A stretch of DNA of 64,000 bases from the NCBI GenBank assembly GCA_030390025.1, contig CM059426.1, positions 184,016,001 through 184,080,000 of the forward strand, read 5' to 3'. The position numbers were made by a program, and so were the translations under genes. Origin of the DNA: Squalus acanthias. Its lineage: Eukaryota. Of the stretch, positions 62,561-64,000 are shown in pieces. The notes below the pieces were generated by a model that searched no databases, was not told the origin of the DNA, and saw only the letters and a program-made list of their open reading frames with translations. Each line of letters opens with the position of its first letter. The first letter of the stretch is position 1.

Positions 62561-62689
62561 ATGACTCAGACGTTTGACACTGGGAATCAGCCTCATGGCT
62601 CTTCCCTGCTCTGCCTCCAGCACTTGAATGTTGGGTGGGTAACTGCCTCAACAACCATAAGAAGAAGGACAAGGAGAAGTAGCACTTAT

Positions 62690-63870
62690 TTACAAATCCT
62701 GGTGGCAGATCTCCACCCCAGGGAGAGAGCCCAGGGGTTTTCCGATGAAGCTTTGGAGGCATTGGTTTTAGCGATGGAGAGAAGGCGGGCGATCCTGTAC
62801 CCGTCAACTGGCAGGAGGCCCTCGCCACAAGTCTGCCAGACTATGTGGAGGGAGGTGGCACACCACGTCACGGGCAGCACTGTGGTCCCCAGGTCCCACA
62901 CCCAGTGCAGGAGAAAGTTTAATGAGCTCACACGGGTGGTCAGGGTGAGTGAAGGCTTCAACAAATGCTACATCCCACTATCTGTACCACAAGCTTCACA
63001 CCCCCAGCACTCACCCACCAACAATCTCTACATAGCAACACTCACACCCACATCTCACACCTTGCACACAATGACAGCTATTCAACTATGGAAGGCACAA
63101 GGGTCATTAATTATTAGAATTCATGTAATATGTGTGATATGTTTATAGATAAATTTATTAATGGTCTTTGGAATATTTTGTGGCCTCTCGCATTTCACCT
63201 TTGCGCCCAGGAGGACGCTTTGATATAGCGTGAGACAGGGATTGTATGATGGGAATGTGGTGAGAAACGGGGATCTGGGGTTTCATTCATTCGAATCGCA
63301 GTCTGATGAGCCGGTCACGGACAGCCCGTCTGGAAGGCCGATTGTCTCGCTGCCTCCTCCCTCCCTCCTGTTCCCCCTCCTCCTGCTCATCCTCTTCCTC
63401 CTTGTCCTCCTCCTCCTCGTCCTCCTCTGACTTGTCCTCCTCCTGAGGTGGTCCTGCAATCCCTGCTGGCAAGGGCTGCGCCCTCATGATGGCCAAGTTG
63501 TGGAGCATGCAGCAGACCACCACGAAATGGGACACCCGCTCTGGCGAGTACTGGAGGACTGCTCCCGAGCGGTCAAGACAGCAGAACCTTTGGCGATGGT
63601 CTGCTCGATGATATTCCTGGTGGCAGCGTAGCTCTCATTATATGAGTGCTGGGCACGAGTGTTGGGGTTGCGGAGGGGAGTCATGAGCCAGGTGGAGAGC
63701 AGATAGCCCTTGTCTCCCAGCAGCCACCCTCGAGCTTAATGTGGTGGCAGGAAGAGTGCTGGCACACCGGTCTGGCACAGGATGAAGGCATTGTGGCTGC
63801 TGCCAGGATAGCGGGCATTGACATTGAGGAATTTGCTGTCTGTGGTCACACACCAACTGTACATTAAGTG
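62690..63870. pseudogene. Second, deleted and decayed Harbinger: Myb exon 1 (+, ~62710-62944) and transposase C-terminal half (-, 63287-63870)
   Basis: GFSDEALEALV..WREVAHHV..RSHTQCRRKFNELTRVVR|gtgagt; [33 protein letters not shown]; same convergent layout as 49858-54057. Confidence 0.85.
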
Positions 63871-64000
63871 AGTGAGTAATTTTTAGCAAGTGTTGTACTT
63901 TGAAGCCTTTCAAAAATAATGAGGGAGTTTTGTACTTGCCAGAACACTCCCTGATACCAAAAAACCTTGAAATGACTAAGGAAAACTCTTCCAGTAGCAG

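Overview
This is vertebrate genomic DNA, not prokaryotic. The repeat content (CR1 and L2 LINEs, DeuSINE-like and other tRNA-SINEs, Penelope-like elements, PIF/Harbinger transposons) suggests a cartilaginous fish such as a shark; that assignment is inference. Most of the window is nested transposable elements, with one assembly gap (21366-21519). It probably lies inside a large host gene. Only one convincing host exon was found: 11335-11399 (+), encoding a PH-domain-like peptide, xLTERWCRLKGNLLFLMKNRSS. The main findings are: (1) an apparently intact 4.2-kb autonomous Harbinger transposon (49858-54057) with TIRs, a TTG TSD, a 386-aa DDE transposase and a convergent 3-exon Myb/SANT gene, plus a 740-bp MITE derived from it (1077-1816) whose removal restores a CR1 ORF2 frame; (2) Penelope-derived minimal hammerhead ribozymes (intact at 23112-23148 + and 56220-56257 -); (3) an ORF1-less LINE (57534-60670) whose 5' leader and 3' tail both match a tRNA-headed SINE at 32209-32600; (4) several multi-layer nested insertions that can be ordered by their TSDs. 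All calls were made by eye, without database searches.
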